From the IMG/VR virus record IMGVR_UViG_3300046468_002484: 64,000 nucleotides of DNA; one strand, given 5' to 3'. The notes under the pieces were generated by a model, which ran no database searches, was not told the DNA's origin, and saw only the letters and a list, made by a program, of their open reading frames with translations. Of the stretch, positions 10,090 to 20,224 are shown piece by piece. The stretch's first letter is position 1; every line of letters starts with the position of its first letter. This DNA is from an uncultured virus (IMG/VR IMGVR_UViG_3300046468_002484) (taxonomy: Duplodnaviria; Heunggongvirae; Uroviricota; Caudoviricetes). The translations under genes were made by a program, and so were the position numbers.

Positions 10090-10118
10090 ATAACTATTAT
10101 ATATACGAGTTTTTATAA
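10090..10118 (-). promoter_or_regulatory. Bipartite phage promoter-like motif (variant)
   Basis: TTATAAAAACTC-N10-TAGTTAT, 6 nt before the ATG. Confidence 0.55.
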
Positions 10119-11759
10119 TTATAAAAAGTCTCCTTTTCGTAAGTAGGGATGAAGGGTATTTTCTATATCTCTGATGTGTTTTAGATCTTTGTGTCCAGTT
10201 ATTTTTCGTGTTTCAGTTGAACTTCGTCTAAAGTTAATTGACCATGTATTTTCTTTCTCAGTTATTGTTAAATGTGCCCACTTACCAGGAAAGTATATGA
10301 GTTCACCTTCGTCCATTTCACCCCACCATATTTGTTTTTTATTGATATCGTATTTAAAAGTATCAAGGTACATTAAGTTTGGAATCAGTCTACGATTAAG
10401 TGGATGATTTCCGGCATAAGTGCCGAGGTGGTTACTGACATCAGGTTCAAGAAGATGCATTTTCTTCTTGCCACCACCAACATACAAAATAGTATCCCCA
10501 CTATCATAATGTTCACAAGTGACAGCACCGTTATGCGAAATTCTCAAATGGCCGTTTTTTTCGTTTTCTTTCTTGAGAAAGTGATCAAACAATTGATGCT
10601 CGGTGGATGAAATATCCGAACCCACTACTAGATACATATCTTTAGTATGTACCCACTCGTCAAAAGTTTTTTTACCCCATCGTGAAAACAACTCATAACC
10701 ATCAATTTTTTTATTTCTTTTTTTGTGCCAAATAAAATAATTTTCTCTCGTTGCTCTGAGTCCTGATAGTTTCTTGTTCCAAATTTTCCTAGTTTGTATT
10801 AGGTCAGAGTTCAGACTAATATTTGAAATTACCACAGGTGTTGTACCCATGTCTATTAACTTCAACACCTTTTTTTTATCTTTTAGCCAATCCAACTTTT
10901 CTATTTTGTTACTGCCCTCTTCCAAGAATTTGTATGGAGGATTTGAAATAAAGAAATTAGTAAAAGTTTCATCATAAAAATATTCTTTGTATTTTGAATC
11001 AACATTTTTTTGAGTTGTTTCTGGTTTGTCTGTGTAGTTTGTTTGTGTGTCTTTAGAATAAAAATTAAGTGTAGACTTCATAGAATTATAAAGTTCTGAT
11101 GTGAGTTTTTTATCATTTTCTTTATATAACCAATCAACCACTTGCATTGATAATATGTTACGATAGTAATGCACTCTCATATTCATATCACAACTGCAAA
11201 CTTTTTTTAAATATTCTTTTGTGTTTTTATAGTTTTTTAACCATCCAGGAGATTTTGCATCCAATGATTGTGCAACTTCAACGGGTCTCCTATACAAATA
11301 AAATTTAGGAATATGGGGAAATACATTAGATAAAGCACGTTCACTGAAGAACATCTGAGAGTTAAAATCAATATAACAATGTGTTTGATATGTTGACTCT
11401 TTTATTGAATAAATCTCCAACAACTTACGAAGATAAATTTCTTTGTTAATACCTTCAGTTTTCGCAATTTTTCCAAAGATACCAGGTTCTGATATTATTT
11501 TCCATGTTTTATCGTTTTCAAGCATATTTGATAACAATGTAGACCCACATCTTGCTACTTTATACTGAAACACTACTTTTTCAATTTTATCGCACACAAT
11601 TGATTCTGTTGTTCCAATTAATATTTTTTTACTACTTTTTTCTTTTTTATTATGTTTCTTAATATTATCTGTTTTTGAAATCAACTTACAGACAATACTA
11701 GACATTTCTAAATTAATACCGGCCGGCACTAATGTATATTTTTTACTATCATATTTCAT
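10119..11759 (-). CDS. Sulfotransferase-like domain fused to JmjC/cupin 2OG-Fe(II) oxygenase domain
   Basis: N-half ARCGSTLLSNML..SEP..LYRRPVEVAQS; C-half HYD..GKKKMHL..EGELIYFPGKWAH. Confidence 0.7.
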   Translation of the reverse strand: MKYDSKKYTLVPAGINLEMSSIVCKLISKTDNIKKHNKKEKSSKKILIGTTESIVCDKIEKVVFQYKVARCGSTLLSNMLENDKTWKIISEPGIFGKIAKTEGINKEIYLRKLLEIYSIKESTYQTHCYIDFNSQMFFSERALSNVFPHIPKFYLYRRPVEVAQSLDAKSPGWLKNYKNTKEYLKKVCSCDMNMRVHYYRNILSMQVVDWLYKENDKKLTSELYNSMKSTLNFYSKDTQTNYTDKPETTQKNVDSKYKEYFYDETFTNFFISNPPYKFLEEGSNKIEKLDWLKDKKKVLKLIDMGTTPVVISNISLNSDLIQTRKIWNKKLSGLRATRENYFIWHKKRNKKIDGYELFSRWGKKTFDEWVHTKDMYLVVGSDISSTEHQLFDHFLKKENEKNGHLRISHNGAVTCEHYDSGDTILYVGGGKKKMHLLEPDVSNHLGTYAGNHPLNRRLIPNLMYLDTFKYDINKKQIWWGEMDEGELIYFPGKWAHLTITEKENTWSINFRRSSTETRKITGHKDLKHIRDIENTLHPYLRKGDFL

Positions 11760-11774
11760 ATCACTCTCCTTATT

Positions 11775-11921
11775 TTAAATCTGGACCAAAAATAACTTTA
11801 CAAATTCAATGGTGTTTGTTATTACAAATACGTGTGCAATTATATACCAAAGTAAAAATCCAAGCAATGTTACTAAAACTGGATATACTAAATATTTAAG
11901 AAATGTTTTTAGTTTATCCAT
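11775..11921 (-). CDS. 48-aa membrane protein
   Basis: MDKLKTFLKYLVYPVLVTLLGFLLWYIIAHVFV..; fills the gap, same strand. Confidence 0.5.
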   Translation of the reverse strand: MDKLKTFLKYLVYPVLVTLLGFLLWYIIAHVFVITNTIEFVKLFLVQI

Positions 11922-12034
11922 TCCAATAATTTTGTACAACAAACATAAATAAAATTGCCAACGAACCCAAGCATTATTAAACCCCCAAGCAACATATAAA
12001 AATAAAAAAGAAGCATAAATAGTTTTTCTTTCAC
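11909..12034 (-). CDS. 41-aa membrane protein
   Basis: GTG start abutting the upstream stop; MKEKLFMLLFYFYMLLGGLIMLGFVGNFIYV.. Confidence 0.45.
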   Translation of the reverse strand: MKEKLFMLLFYFYMLLGGLIMLGFVGNFIYVCCTKLLEWIN

Positions 12035-12571
12035 TTACGAATTCCTTAGTTTTAATCTTGCCATATCAACGATGATATTTTTAACGTTTACAAACTCATC
12101 AAATGAAATCATCATCCATTTGCGTTTGTATATCAAGTGATTTTCAAAATAAGTGCTTGGACAAATTCCATCATCTGCTTTGACTATTCTATAATCAAAC
12201 ACCACATAACTTCCGATGTAACTGAATTTGCACATTATCATAGGAAGTCGTTTTGCAAGTTCTGCATCTTTTTGAACATCAATCAACCATCCATCGAGCA
12301 ACTTGTTTTCACCTTGAAGTAAATGTGAAAACTTAAAATCATCATAATGCTTTGCTTCAATGGTAAACGGAAAGTCTTTTGGTGTAATAATATCTCCTGA
12401 TAATATTTCAACTACATCTGGTCGTTCACCCTCTGCGTTTTCCGCATTGTCTCCACCGAACATTGCTCCTGATCGTGGTACACGACTAAATTTGCCTTCA
12501 AAGTTTTCTTCTAAAAACTTTGCTACTTCAAGTTCCCATGCGTTTCCTTTATCTTTCGATGATGCTCCCAT
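12035..12571 (-). CDS. Phage-type Holliday junction resolvase (PD-(D/E)xK)
   Basis: SKDKGNAWELEVAKFL, RVPRSGA, SGDII, FPFTIEAKHY. Confidence 0.8.
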   Translation of the reverse strand: MGASSKDKGNAWELEVAKFLEENFEGKFSRVPRSGAMFGGDNAENAEGERPDVVEILSGDIITPKDFPFTIEAKHYDDFKFSHLLQGENKLLDGWLIDVQKDAELAKRLPMIMCKFSYIGSYVVFDYRIVKADDGICPSTYFENHLIYKRKWMMISFDEFVNVKNIIVDMARLKLRNS

Positions 12572-12578
12572 TATTATA

Positions 12579-12607
12579 ATAAATATTATAGGTGAGAGTT
12601 TTTATAA
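12579..12607 (-). promoter_or_regulatory. Bipartite phage promoter-like motif
   Basis: TTATAAAAACTC-N10-TATTTAT, 7 nt before the ATG. Confidence 0.6.
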
Positions 12608-12626
12608 AAATTGTTTTTAATCAGCT

Positions 12627-13292
12627 TTAATTTGTAAAATTTTCATCAAAGAGTTTTATTTTATCAAACGAAAACACATTTTTCTTTAAAAATTGTTTAT
12701 ATTTGCGTCGAATAATGTTCAGTGTTTCATTTTCGGCAGAGTGAGATGTATTGTATCTGTACCAATGGTATACGTAGACTCCGTCCATAATCGCAAATGG
12801 TATATTTTCTTTGTATACACGAAATCTCAAATCATCATCAATTCCCAAGAAGCCCGTTGCCTCAAATCCACCAATTCGTTTCCAAATTTTTTTTTGGATC
12901 AAGATAACTACTCCACTGAACCTACTGGCCTCGTATTGTCCTGTGTGATTTTTAGTTGATCCACGAGAAATCCTCAAAAAATATTTTTTTTGTAAATACT
13001 CTCCAATATTTCTGTGATATCTGATATCCATGTTATCTACATCAATGTTTCCCACGAGTTGCCACGGATATGCAACTCTGTTTGTACGCACACCAAATGC
13101 ACCTACGTTCGGATGAGCTGAAATTATTCTATTTAACTGAGTATACCAATCTGTTGTCGTGAACATAGCATCATGATCAAGAAAGCACGCCCAATCATCG
13201 TCATTGGGAAGAATGTCCATAAATTTATTATAGGCACATCCTATATTTTTGTCACACTCAGTTGGTGCATATGCAATGTGTGTGTAAATCAT
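12627..13292 (-). CDS. GT-A (GT2-like) glycosyltransferase; paralog of 54232..54870
   Basis: NIGCAYN, WACFLDHDAMF, WKRIGGF, GIDDD, GVYVYHWYR. Start inferred from the paralog. Confidence 0.75.
   Translation of the reverse strand: MIYTHIAYAPTECDKNIGCAYNKFMDILPNDDDWACFLDHDAMFTTTDWYTQLNRIISAHPNVGAFGVRTNRVAYPWQLVGNIDVDNMDIRYHRNIGEYLQKKYFLRISRGSTKNHTGQYEASRFSGVVILIQKKIWKRIGGFEATGFLGIDDDLRFRVYKENIPFAIMDGVYVYHWYRYNTSHSAENETLNIIRRKYKQFLKKNVFSFDKIKLFDENFTN
13143..13291. repeat. 149-bp direct repeat, copy 1 (copy 2 at 54721-54869)
   Basis: Three synonymous mismatches by manual alignment. Confidence 0.9.
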
Positions 13293-13326
13293 ATATCTAA
13301 TATATATGGTTAGATACAACCAATAA

Positions 13327-14910
13327 CTAAATCACACCCCAGTGACTACGGGAATTCGCACGAAACTCATTATTCAAAAGTTTGCTTTGACTTTTTACAA
13401 AATTTTGTAAATTACTAGAGTATCTAAATCCGGCAAAGGAAGATTTTTCTGATATTTTTTCCGGAGTCGCGTTTTTGTAGTTTTCAAACTTATTAATATT
13501 GGAGTTGTCAATTTTTTCAATCGACTCACTTTTTATATTTACTTTTTTACAGGAAATCATCTGCAATCTTTTTGTAAAATCAATATCTTCGTATCCCCAA
13601 CCCTCAAACGATTCGTCATAACCGCCCACTTCGAGATAATCCTCACGGAAACACGCAATTCTTCCACACGTTCCTGGATTACTCTTGTTATATTCCACAG
13701 ACAAAAATTGTCCTGACGATTTACCCTCAAACACGGAGTTCATTTTATCAACATAATCTGATGTAAGCTTACTGTCAGAGTCTAGCCAGCATAATACACT
13801 ACCCACCGCATTATTTCCTACAATATTTTTTGCAACCGACATATTAAAATGTTGATATTTAGTTGTTTTTAAATATTTGAAGTTACAATACTTGCCAAAA
13901 TTTGAATGTGCAACCCATTCATCCATTTCATCATTTGAATTATAGTTTAATAAAATAAACTCACACTGCTTTCCAAAAAAAGATGTTCCTAGTTTTATAT
14001 TATCTAAGTACGTTTTTTTAAGGTCTGCACACCGATTCATAGAAGTAGTCAAAAATGAAAATTTTATTCGTGCCGTTGGAATATGTTTTGGTGATAAAAA
14101 TAAATTATATTTCCAATATTCAAAATATGAAGATTTTAAAAAGTTTTTAAGTTCATATTCATGACAATCATGCCAAGGTTTTATTGATTCAATTGCTATA
14201 TCGGACTTGGTATTTTGTTCAAATGTATGTATCTTCGGTATAAACTTAACACGAAGTCTTTTACTTGGGTGTATAAACGGATTTGCACAAAACCCAACAA
14301 ATTTATCAACTGCACAGGAAATTATATTTTTTTCAGACCAATCTTGTGCTTCGGTTTTATTAAATAAACCACAATCTTCAAGTGCAGATTTTTTATATTT
14401 TCCGAAAGGACCTGATATTACCTTCCCGTTGAAGTGGTCGCGATTGTGTGTTGAATCGACTAAAATTCTTGCTCCACGGTTTGTTAATAAATAACTTTCA
14501 AGTCCATCAAAGTTCATATGCCAATATTCATCGTGATGCCATCGTGTATTTAGTTGATGTAAATCATAAGTTTCATCATACTCAATATTTTCGTTTATTA
14601 GTTTTTCTACATCATCAGTATAAGCATCATCTTCTAAGATCAACACTCCATTTAAATTATTTTTTATAATTTGCTTCCAAATTAAATAGTGACTGCAATA
14701 CGCACCGACTGATCCGGATGTTTGTGAAAAGTATAATTTATCTGCCATAGCAACAGGACTCAATTTTAATCCGTATTCTTCACATACACGATAATCTTCA
14801 CGTGAATCAACTGCAACAAATCTATCAATAGTAGGATGTAGTTGAGAAAACTTTTCCCATCTATGTGATTTATCTTTTAAGTTTATTACAAATATGTTCT
14901 CAATTTTCAT
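13327..14910 (-). CDS. GT25-like plus GT2/GT7C-like glycosyltransferase fusion
   Basis: FVINL..RW, GAYCSHYLIW, LILEDD; then AKNI..LDSD, GGYDESFEGWGYEDIDF. Confidence 0.8.
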   Translation of the reverse strand: MKIENIFVINLKDKSHRWEKFSQLHPTIDRFVAVDSREDYRVCEEYGLKLSPVAMADKLYFSQTSGSVGAYCSHYLIWKQIIKNNLNGVLILEDDAYTDDVEKLINENIEYDETYDLHQLNTRWHHDEYWHMNFDGLESYLLTNRGARILVDSTHNRDHFNGKVISGPFGKYKKSALEDCGLFNKTEAQDWSEKNIISCAVDKFVGFCANPFIHPSKRLRVKFIPKIHTFEQNTKSDIAIESIKPWHDCHEYELKNFLKSSYFEYWKYNLFLSPKHIPTARIKFSFLTTSMNRCADLKKTYLDNIKLGTSFFGKQCEFILLNYNSNDEMDEWVAHSNFGKYCNFKYLKTTKYQHFNMSVAKNIVGNNAVGSVLCWLDSDSKLTSDYVDKMNSVFEGKSSGQFLSVEYNKSNPGTCGRIACFREDYLEVGGYDESFEGWGYEDIDFTKRLQMISCKKVNIKSESIEKIDNSNINKFENYKNATPEKISEKSSFAGFRYSSNLQNFVKSQSKLLNNEFRANSRSHWGVI

Positions 14911-15550
14911 TAAACTCGTATCCAAATAAATTAATATCCTCTGCATAAATATTTCTTATTATGTCGGCCGATTCATCGGTATAATAATCTGAATAGTGAG
15001 AGTGATGGGATTCATTTTTGAGTAACAATTCATCGCACTTATATCCAAGTTTACTTCGGATAAATTCAAAGTCACTTTGTAGATTTTCATATCTACCTAC
15101 AAAATCAACTATACAATTTTCACTTTCATCAACCAGCATATCATTTTGTATTGACACCTTATCATTTATGTATGTTAGTTTTCCTTCTATTTTTTTTATC
15201 CACTCATTGAATCCGATAGATTTATATGATTCTTCAAAAAATTTAATAACCCACTCATCGCAACCAGTATCAAGACACTTCTTTAATACTTTGTTTCTGT
15301 AAAAATAATGTGAAACTGCCAAATCCCACGGATTTCGCACGAATGTAAACTTGAAATATTCGTCCCAGTTCCAACCCTTACTTTTGAAATGATTTTTCAA
15401 AGACCGTGCAGATGTGTGGTAGTAATAACAAGATTTTACATCAGAAACTCCAGATATATCAGAATAGTTATCCAGTGCCAACCTCACCGCAGAACTTGCA
15501 GTTTTTTGATTTGCAATAAATATGAATTTATGTTTATGTGATATTCTCAT
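14900..15550 (-). CDS. Sulfotransferase family 2 protein
   Basis: ISHKHKFIFIANQKTASSA, FVRNPWD, DFVGRYENL. Confidence 0.85.
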   Translation of the reverse strand: MRISHKHKFIFIANQKTASSAVRLALDNYSDISGVSDVKSCYYYHTSARSLKNHFKSKGWNWDEYFKFTFVRNPWDLAVSHYFYRNKVLKKCLDTGCDEWVIKFFEESYKSIGFNEWIKKIEGKLTYINDKVSIQNDMLVDESENCIVDFVGRYENLQSDFEFIRSKLGYKCDELLLKNESHHSHYSDYYTDESADIIRNIYAEDINLFGYEFNEN

Positions 15551-16491
15551 TCGTTTTCTGTTTTGAAATCATTTAACATCCAAAAAGATAGCATTTTTGC
15601 AACTTTTAACTTTTGACAAAAAATATCGGGATCGTCGGTTTCGTCAAATAAAGTGTTCGCATTTTCTTTCAAAAAGTCATACCCAAATTTATCATCAGAC
15701 CACCCACCCGGATTTTCCATATAAAAAGTATCCGTCATTACATCTGATACTGCCTGCCAAGCAACACGTTTAATAAACCAGGATTGGTTCATTCTATCAA
15801 CCGGAACTACATGGTCAACCACCGATGTTGGATTATATAAAATTTTTTCTGAATTCTGCATTTTGTATATAAGTTGCATTTCTTCTGCACCGAGTAAACT
15901 TTTACTCCACCCCTTTCTGCCAAGCTTATTTGAGAATTTTCCATATTTTATTAAACATGATCTACGAAAACAAATATTTGCTCCAACTAACCACATACCT
16001 GGATTTTCAGAGTACCACATCTCCGACTCACCAAAATCTAACATTGATAAATAACTAAGGGCATCATTGCACAACCACTCAGGTCGTTCTACTAAACTCC
16101 AATTTGGATGTACTTTACCTCCCATTACCATCAAGTCAGAATGTCTATAAAAGCATTCAAGTGTATTTTTGACAAAGTTAAAATCTACCAACGCATCATC
16201 GTCAATAAAGTGTATCAACTCGGTTGAAGTTAAATCAATGCACTCGTTTCTTGCACCAGACAAACCATCTGTTGGTTTATTGACATATGTGAAATTTTCC
16301 AACCTATCAGAAAATTGTTTGCATCCTATAGATTTTTCTAAAAACTTCTGAGGACTGTTATCCAGAATTAATACATCATACTTGTCCATGTATAACGACT
16401 GAGTAGCAAGTCTCTGCATACAACTAAACAATAACGGATAGTTATTGTACGTACACACGCATATAGTTATTTTTTTTATATCATCTCCCAC
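15547..16491 (-). CDS. GT2 glycosyltransferase
   Basis: ICVCTYN, GLSGARN, FIDDDA, LVGAN, LGRKG..EE. Confidence 0.9.
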   Translation of the reverse strand: MGDDIKKITICVCTYNNYPLLFSCMQRLATQSLYMDKYDVLILDNSPQKFLEKSIGCKQFSDRLENFTYVNKPTDGLSGARNECIDLTSTELIHFIDDDALVDFNFVKNTLECFYRHSDLMVMGGKVHPNWSLVERPEWLCNDALSYLSMLDFGESEMWYSENPGMWLVGANICFRRSCLIKYGKFSNKLGRKGWSKSLLGAEEMQLIYKMQNSEKILYNPTSVVDHVVPVDRMNQSWFIKRVAWQAVSDVMTDTFYMENPGGWSDDKFGYDFLKENANTLFDETDDPDIFCQKLKVAKMLSFWMLNDFKTENE

Positions 16492-16530
16492 TTATTATAA
16501 GTATTTTGGAGATGAATATTTATTATAAAA

Positions 16531-16977
16531 TTACATCGTAACTTCCCAGGAATCGTCAGTTGATCCCCAGTCACGATATTTTTCTTCGCCACCTCTTGCT
16601 GACCAATCACTATCAATAACCAAACGACTACTGATACCACCTCTTGGATTGCTTTTTAAAACCAAACGCAAACGATCCGGACCATACACTTCCATTAAAT
16701 GATCATATACAACATTAATAAGTCGTTCATACGATACAACGATGTTACGCAACTGATAAGTGTATTGCTTTAAACTTTTAAGTTCGATGATTTTCTTGGT
16801 TGGATAAATTGTGATGTAAAGCACACCAAAATCTGGTTGTTCGTTCACTCCAAGAAATGTAAACTCAGGAACTTTTACTTTGATTTCGTAAGGTTCTTTG
16901 CTTGGATTTGGAATGCTTTTCAAGATGCTTGAATCAATCGCATCGTACAATAATACTTTTTCTTTTTTGTTTTCCAT
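16531..16977 (-). CDS. QueF-like T-fold protein lacking the catalytic Cys
   Basis: PNP..PEFTFLGVNEQPDF..ELKSLKQY..RN..YE..PRGGI. Start set at ATG 16977 after the metK stop. Confidence 0.8.
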   Translation of the reverse strand: MENKKEKVLLYDAIDSSILKSIPNPSKEPYEIKVKVPEFTFLGVNEQPDFGVLYITIYPTKKIIELKSLKQYTYQLRNIVVSYERLINVVYDHLMEVYGPDRLRLVLKSNPRGGISSRLVIDSDWSARGGEEKYRDWGSTDDSWEVTM

Positions 16978-16978
16978 T

Positions 16979-18133
16979 TTATTTAAGCTCCACAAAAATT
17001 TGTTTCTTTGTTTCATCAACCATTTCCCACGAAACATCGTTTCTTCCAAAGTGTCCGTGATAAGAAGTTTTGCGATAAATAGGTTTTCTCAATCCAAGAA
17101 ACTCAATGATTCCATTTGGAGTTAAATCAAAATTCTGAGTTACTGCATTTTCAATGTTGGTCTCGGCGATATTGCTTGTTCCGAATGTATCAACACGAAC
17201 ACTTACAGGTTTCGCAACTCCAATCGCATACGCAAGTTGAACTTCGCATTTATCTGCTATACCACTTGCTACAATTGTTTTAGCAACGTGTCGTGCCATG
17301 TAAGTTGCACTTCTATCTACTTTTGTTGGGTCTTTCCCACTAAATGCTCCTCCTCCGTGTCGTGCCATTCCTCCGTAAGTATCAACGATGATTTTACGAC
17401 CCGTAAGACCTGTGTCTCCTTGAGGACCGCCGGTTATAAATTGTCCTGTTGGATTGATATGAAACTTCGTGTTCATCAAATACTTTTCGTCTACAACTTC
17501 ACGAATGAGCTGTTCGATGTCGTTTTTTATAGTGGTCTGTGTTACTACTTCATCGTGTTGAGTCGATAACACAATTGTATCTACACGAATTGGGTTATCG
17601 TTTTCATCGTATTCCACAGTAACTTGTGATTTTGCATCAGGACGAAGATACGGAATACTTTTTGAATGTCGTGCTTCTTCTACTTTTTTAATAATTTGAT
17701 GCGACAACATAATAGGCAATGGCATAAGTTCAGGTGTTTCGTTGCAAGCATATCCAAACATAAGTCCTTGGTCACCTGCTCCTGCTTCTTTATGTTCTCC
17801 TTCTCCTTCGTTTACACCGAGAGCAATGTCAGATGATTGCCTATCCAACGTAAACAACACAGAACATCCGTTTGCACTTATTCCGAATTTTTCATCGGTG
17901 TATCCTATATCACGCAAAACTTCGCGTGCTATATCTTGAAAGTTAACCCACGCATCTGCGGTGATTTCACCACCAATTACAACTAATCCCGTTGTCGCAA
18001 ATGTTTCGCAAGCAACTCTTGCGTTGGGGTCTTGTGTCAAAAATGCATCAAGAACTGCATCTGAAATTTGATCACATACTTTGTCAGGATGTCCACTTGA
18101 CACACTTTCTGATGTAAATAGTTTTTTGTTCAT
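16979..18133 (-). CDS. metK: S-adenosylmethionine synthetase
   Basis: [56 protein letters not shown]. Confidence 0.98.
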   Translation of the reverse strand: MNKKLFTSESVSSGHPDKVCDQISDAVLDAFLTQDPNARVACETFATTGLVVIGGEITADAWVNFQDIAREVLRDIGYTDEKFGISANGCSVLFTLDRQSSDIALGVNEGEGEHKEAGAGDQGLMFGYACNETPELMPLPIMLSHQIIKKVEEARHSKSIPYLRPDAKSQVTVEYDENDNPIRVDTIVLSTQHDEVVTQTTIKNDIEQLIREVVDEKYLMNTKFHINPTGQFITGGPQGDTGLTGRKIIVDTYGGMARHGGGAFSGKDPTKVDRSATYMARHVAKTIVASGIADKCEVQLAYAIGVAKPVSVRVDTFGTSNIAETNIENAVTQNFDLTPNGIIEFLGLRKPIYRKTSYHGHFGRNDVSWEMVDETKKQIFVELK

Positions 18134-18141
18134 TGTGTACC

Positions 18142-18170
18142 ATAGTACTACAACTCAAACAAAAAGTCAA
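18142..18170 (-). promoter_or_regulatory. sigma70-like promoter of metK, near-leaderless
   Basis: TTGACT-17nt-TACTAT, 8 nt before the ATG. Confidence 0.6.
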
Positions 18171-18174
18171 GATT

Positions 18175-18939
18175 CTAAAAATGCAATTTATAGTGTTTTG
18201 TTAATTGTTCAATCAGAAAGTCTTTTGCAGTTTCTACATCATCTACAATTTTAAACAAATTCAAGTCTTTTTTGCTGATTGTACCTGCTTCAATAAATTT
18301 GTCCCAACCAACAACATTTTCCCAAAAGTCTTTTCCGTATAAAATTGTCGGAACAGGTTTCTCAATCTTTTGACATTGAATTAAAGTCAATGCTTCAAAC
18401 AATTCGTCCATTGTACCGAACCCACCTGGAAACACAACCAATGCTTTTGCTTGATAAAGAAACCAATATTTGCGTGTAAAGAAATAGTGATAAACGAAAT
18501 CCATCTCAGGTGTTACATACTCATTGTTGGTTTGTTCAAATGGTAACTTGATACCAAGACCCACTGATTTTCCTCCGGCATCGTGTGCGCCTTTGTTGGC
18601 TGCTTCCATGATTCCTGGTCCAGCACCACTGCTGATATAAAACTTGTTTTTGCGTTCTGTAAAGTTTTTCTCCGACCACTCGGTTAATTGCTTGCTGAGT
18701 TGATATGCTTCGGTATAATATCGGTCATATCCGTTTTTCTTAAATTGCTCGGATTCTTCATTGATTCTTGCACTTCCTTGAAAAACAATTGTGTGTCTAA
18801 TGCCAGTTTTTTTCATTCTAGCCTCTGTTTCCATCAATTCCGCAAGAACTCTCAACCATCGTGCTTCACGACTATTCATGAACGTCATGTTTTCGTGTGC
18901 TTCTTTGGTGCTTTTTCGTTTCTTTGGATCGTACTTCAT
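18175..18939 (-). CDS. LOG-family nucleotide phosphoribohydrolase (TIGR00730-like)
   Basis: GSAR, GAGPGIMEAANKGA, LPFEQ, YFFTRK, PGGFGTMDE. Confidence 0.92.
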   Translation of the reverse strand: MKYDPKKRKSTKEAHENMTFMNSREARWLRVLAELMETEARMKKTGIRHTIVFQGSARINEESEQFKKNGYDRYYTEAYQLSKQLTEWSEKNFTERKNKFYISSGAGPGIMEAANKGAHDAGGKSVGLGIKLPFEQTNNEYVTPEMDFVYHYFFTRKYWFLYQAKALVVFPGGFGTMDELFEALTLIQCQKIEKPVPTILYGKDFWENVVGWDKFIEAGTISKKDLNLFKIVDDVETAKDFLIEQLTKHYKLHF

Positions 18940-18944
18940 ATTAT

Positions 18945-18973
18945 ATAAATAGAAGTTTTTCAAAGAATTATAA
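18945..18973 (-). promoter_or_regulatory. Bipartite phage promoter-like motif
   Basis: TTATAA-N16-TATTTAT, 5 nt before ATG 18939. Confidence 0.55.
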
Positions 18974-18977
18974 AAAG

Positions 18978-20222
18978 TTATTTACACATCTCACACATTG
19001 ATTGTGTGCGTCTAAACATAGGGTCACTTGCAAGTGAATACGGAGCAAAATATCTAGATTTCCTTCCCTTCGAATCAATAAACTCAGAAGTTGAATTTTT
19101 GTCTATGCTTGCATTGATTTTTTCTTGATATTCGAGACACATAAAAGATGATCCATCACGACTCACGGGTGTAATATCCAGAAATCGTGCAGGAGCACTC
19201 GGAATTCCCATTTTATTGTTTATTACATACATCAGGTTTGCAACAGAACCAGGAGTATCCCATCGATTTTCAAGACCTCCTGGATTATTATGGACGGGCA
19301 TAGGTGGTTTTGTAAATAATGTTGCAAGCACGTGGGGCATTTCAGATATGTCAAATCCGGCATCAGCTGATTTTTTCCCACCTTTTAATGTACTATTTGA
19401 CCCGTCAGTTCCCAATGACCAACGATCAATCACTCTTTGCATAAATCCTGCAATAATTCTCGGATTGTTTTCATCACTCATAATTTCCAAATACAAGGCT
19501 CGTTTGCTGATAAAGCCATCTGCATCACCATCGTATCCAGTAACAGGTGGGTAATATCCTTTGTTGATCAAATCCGCAAGTGTTTGTGGTTTTATTTGAC
19601 CGATTCCATACGACCACGATTTTACCACTATAAGTGGAATATTTGCTTGTTCTTGGAGTGTATCTTCTAATGTTCTTCTATTGAGTTCGTCAAGCAATAT
19701 CATTGCAATGGTAGCAGGACTTATCAACGGAACTGTGTCATTTGGTTTGTATCCCGCTTCCATAATTTCGCTTTTAAGTCCATATACAATTTGCTCTTCG
19801 TCGGTGAGACCAGACGAACTTGGATTGTAGTCAAAATCATCATTTACATAAAAATGCAAATCGTCTTTACAAGATTTATACACAAAATATGAATCACTTG
19901 GATAATTGGTTTCTTCACAAGTACATTCCACTTTTTTTATTCTACATTTATAGGTACCCGAGTTGCGAATGTCATCCACCAGTGTTTGTTGTATTTCATA
20001 AATTTTAAAAAAATCGTCTTCGACAATTTTTCCATTAAATATTATCAACCCCGTGTCTACATCAGTTTCTGAGCATTTACCAAGAACAGAAAACTTCAGT
20101 TCACTTGCCATACAACTTTCACACGCATCTGAGTTGTGTTTAAAATTTTCAACCGATGACCAAATAACTAAACTGGTGCTTGGATCAAACACTTCAATTT
20201 TAAACTTCGCACCACAACTCAT
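18978..20222 (-). CDS. Hypothetical protein with possible lysozyme-like domain
   Basis: 414-aa ORF; IAMILLDE..SYGIGQIKP resembles a lysozyme-superfamily motif; Cys-rich N-terminus. Confidence 0.45.
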   Translation of the reverse strand: MSCGAKFKIEVFDPSTSLVIWSSVENFKHNSDACESCMASELKFSVLGKCSETDVDTGLIIFNGKIVEDDFFKIYEIQQTLVDDIRNSGTYKCRIKKVECTCEETNYPSDSYFVYKSCKDDLHFYVNDDFDYNPSSSGLTDEEQIVYGLKSEIMEAGYKPNDTVPLISPATIAMILLDELNRRTLEDTLQEQANIPLIVVKSWSYGIGQIKPQTLADLINKGYYPPVTGYDGDADGFISKRALYLEIMSDENNPRIIAGFMQRVIDRWSLGTDGSNSTLKGGKKSADAGFDISEMPHVLATLFTKPPMPVHNNPGGLENRWDTPGSVANLMYVINNKMGIPSAPARFLDITPVSRDGSSFMCLEYQEKINASIDKNSTSEFIDSKGRKSRYFAPYSLASDPMFRRTQSMCEMCK

Positions 20223-20224
20223 GT

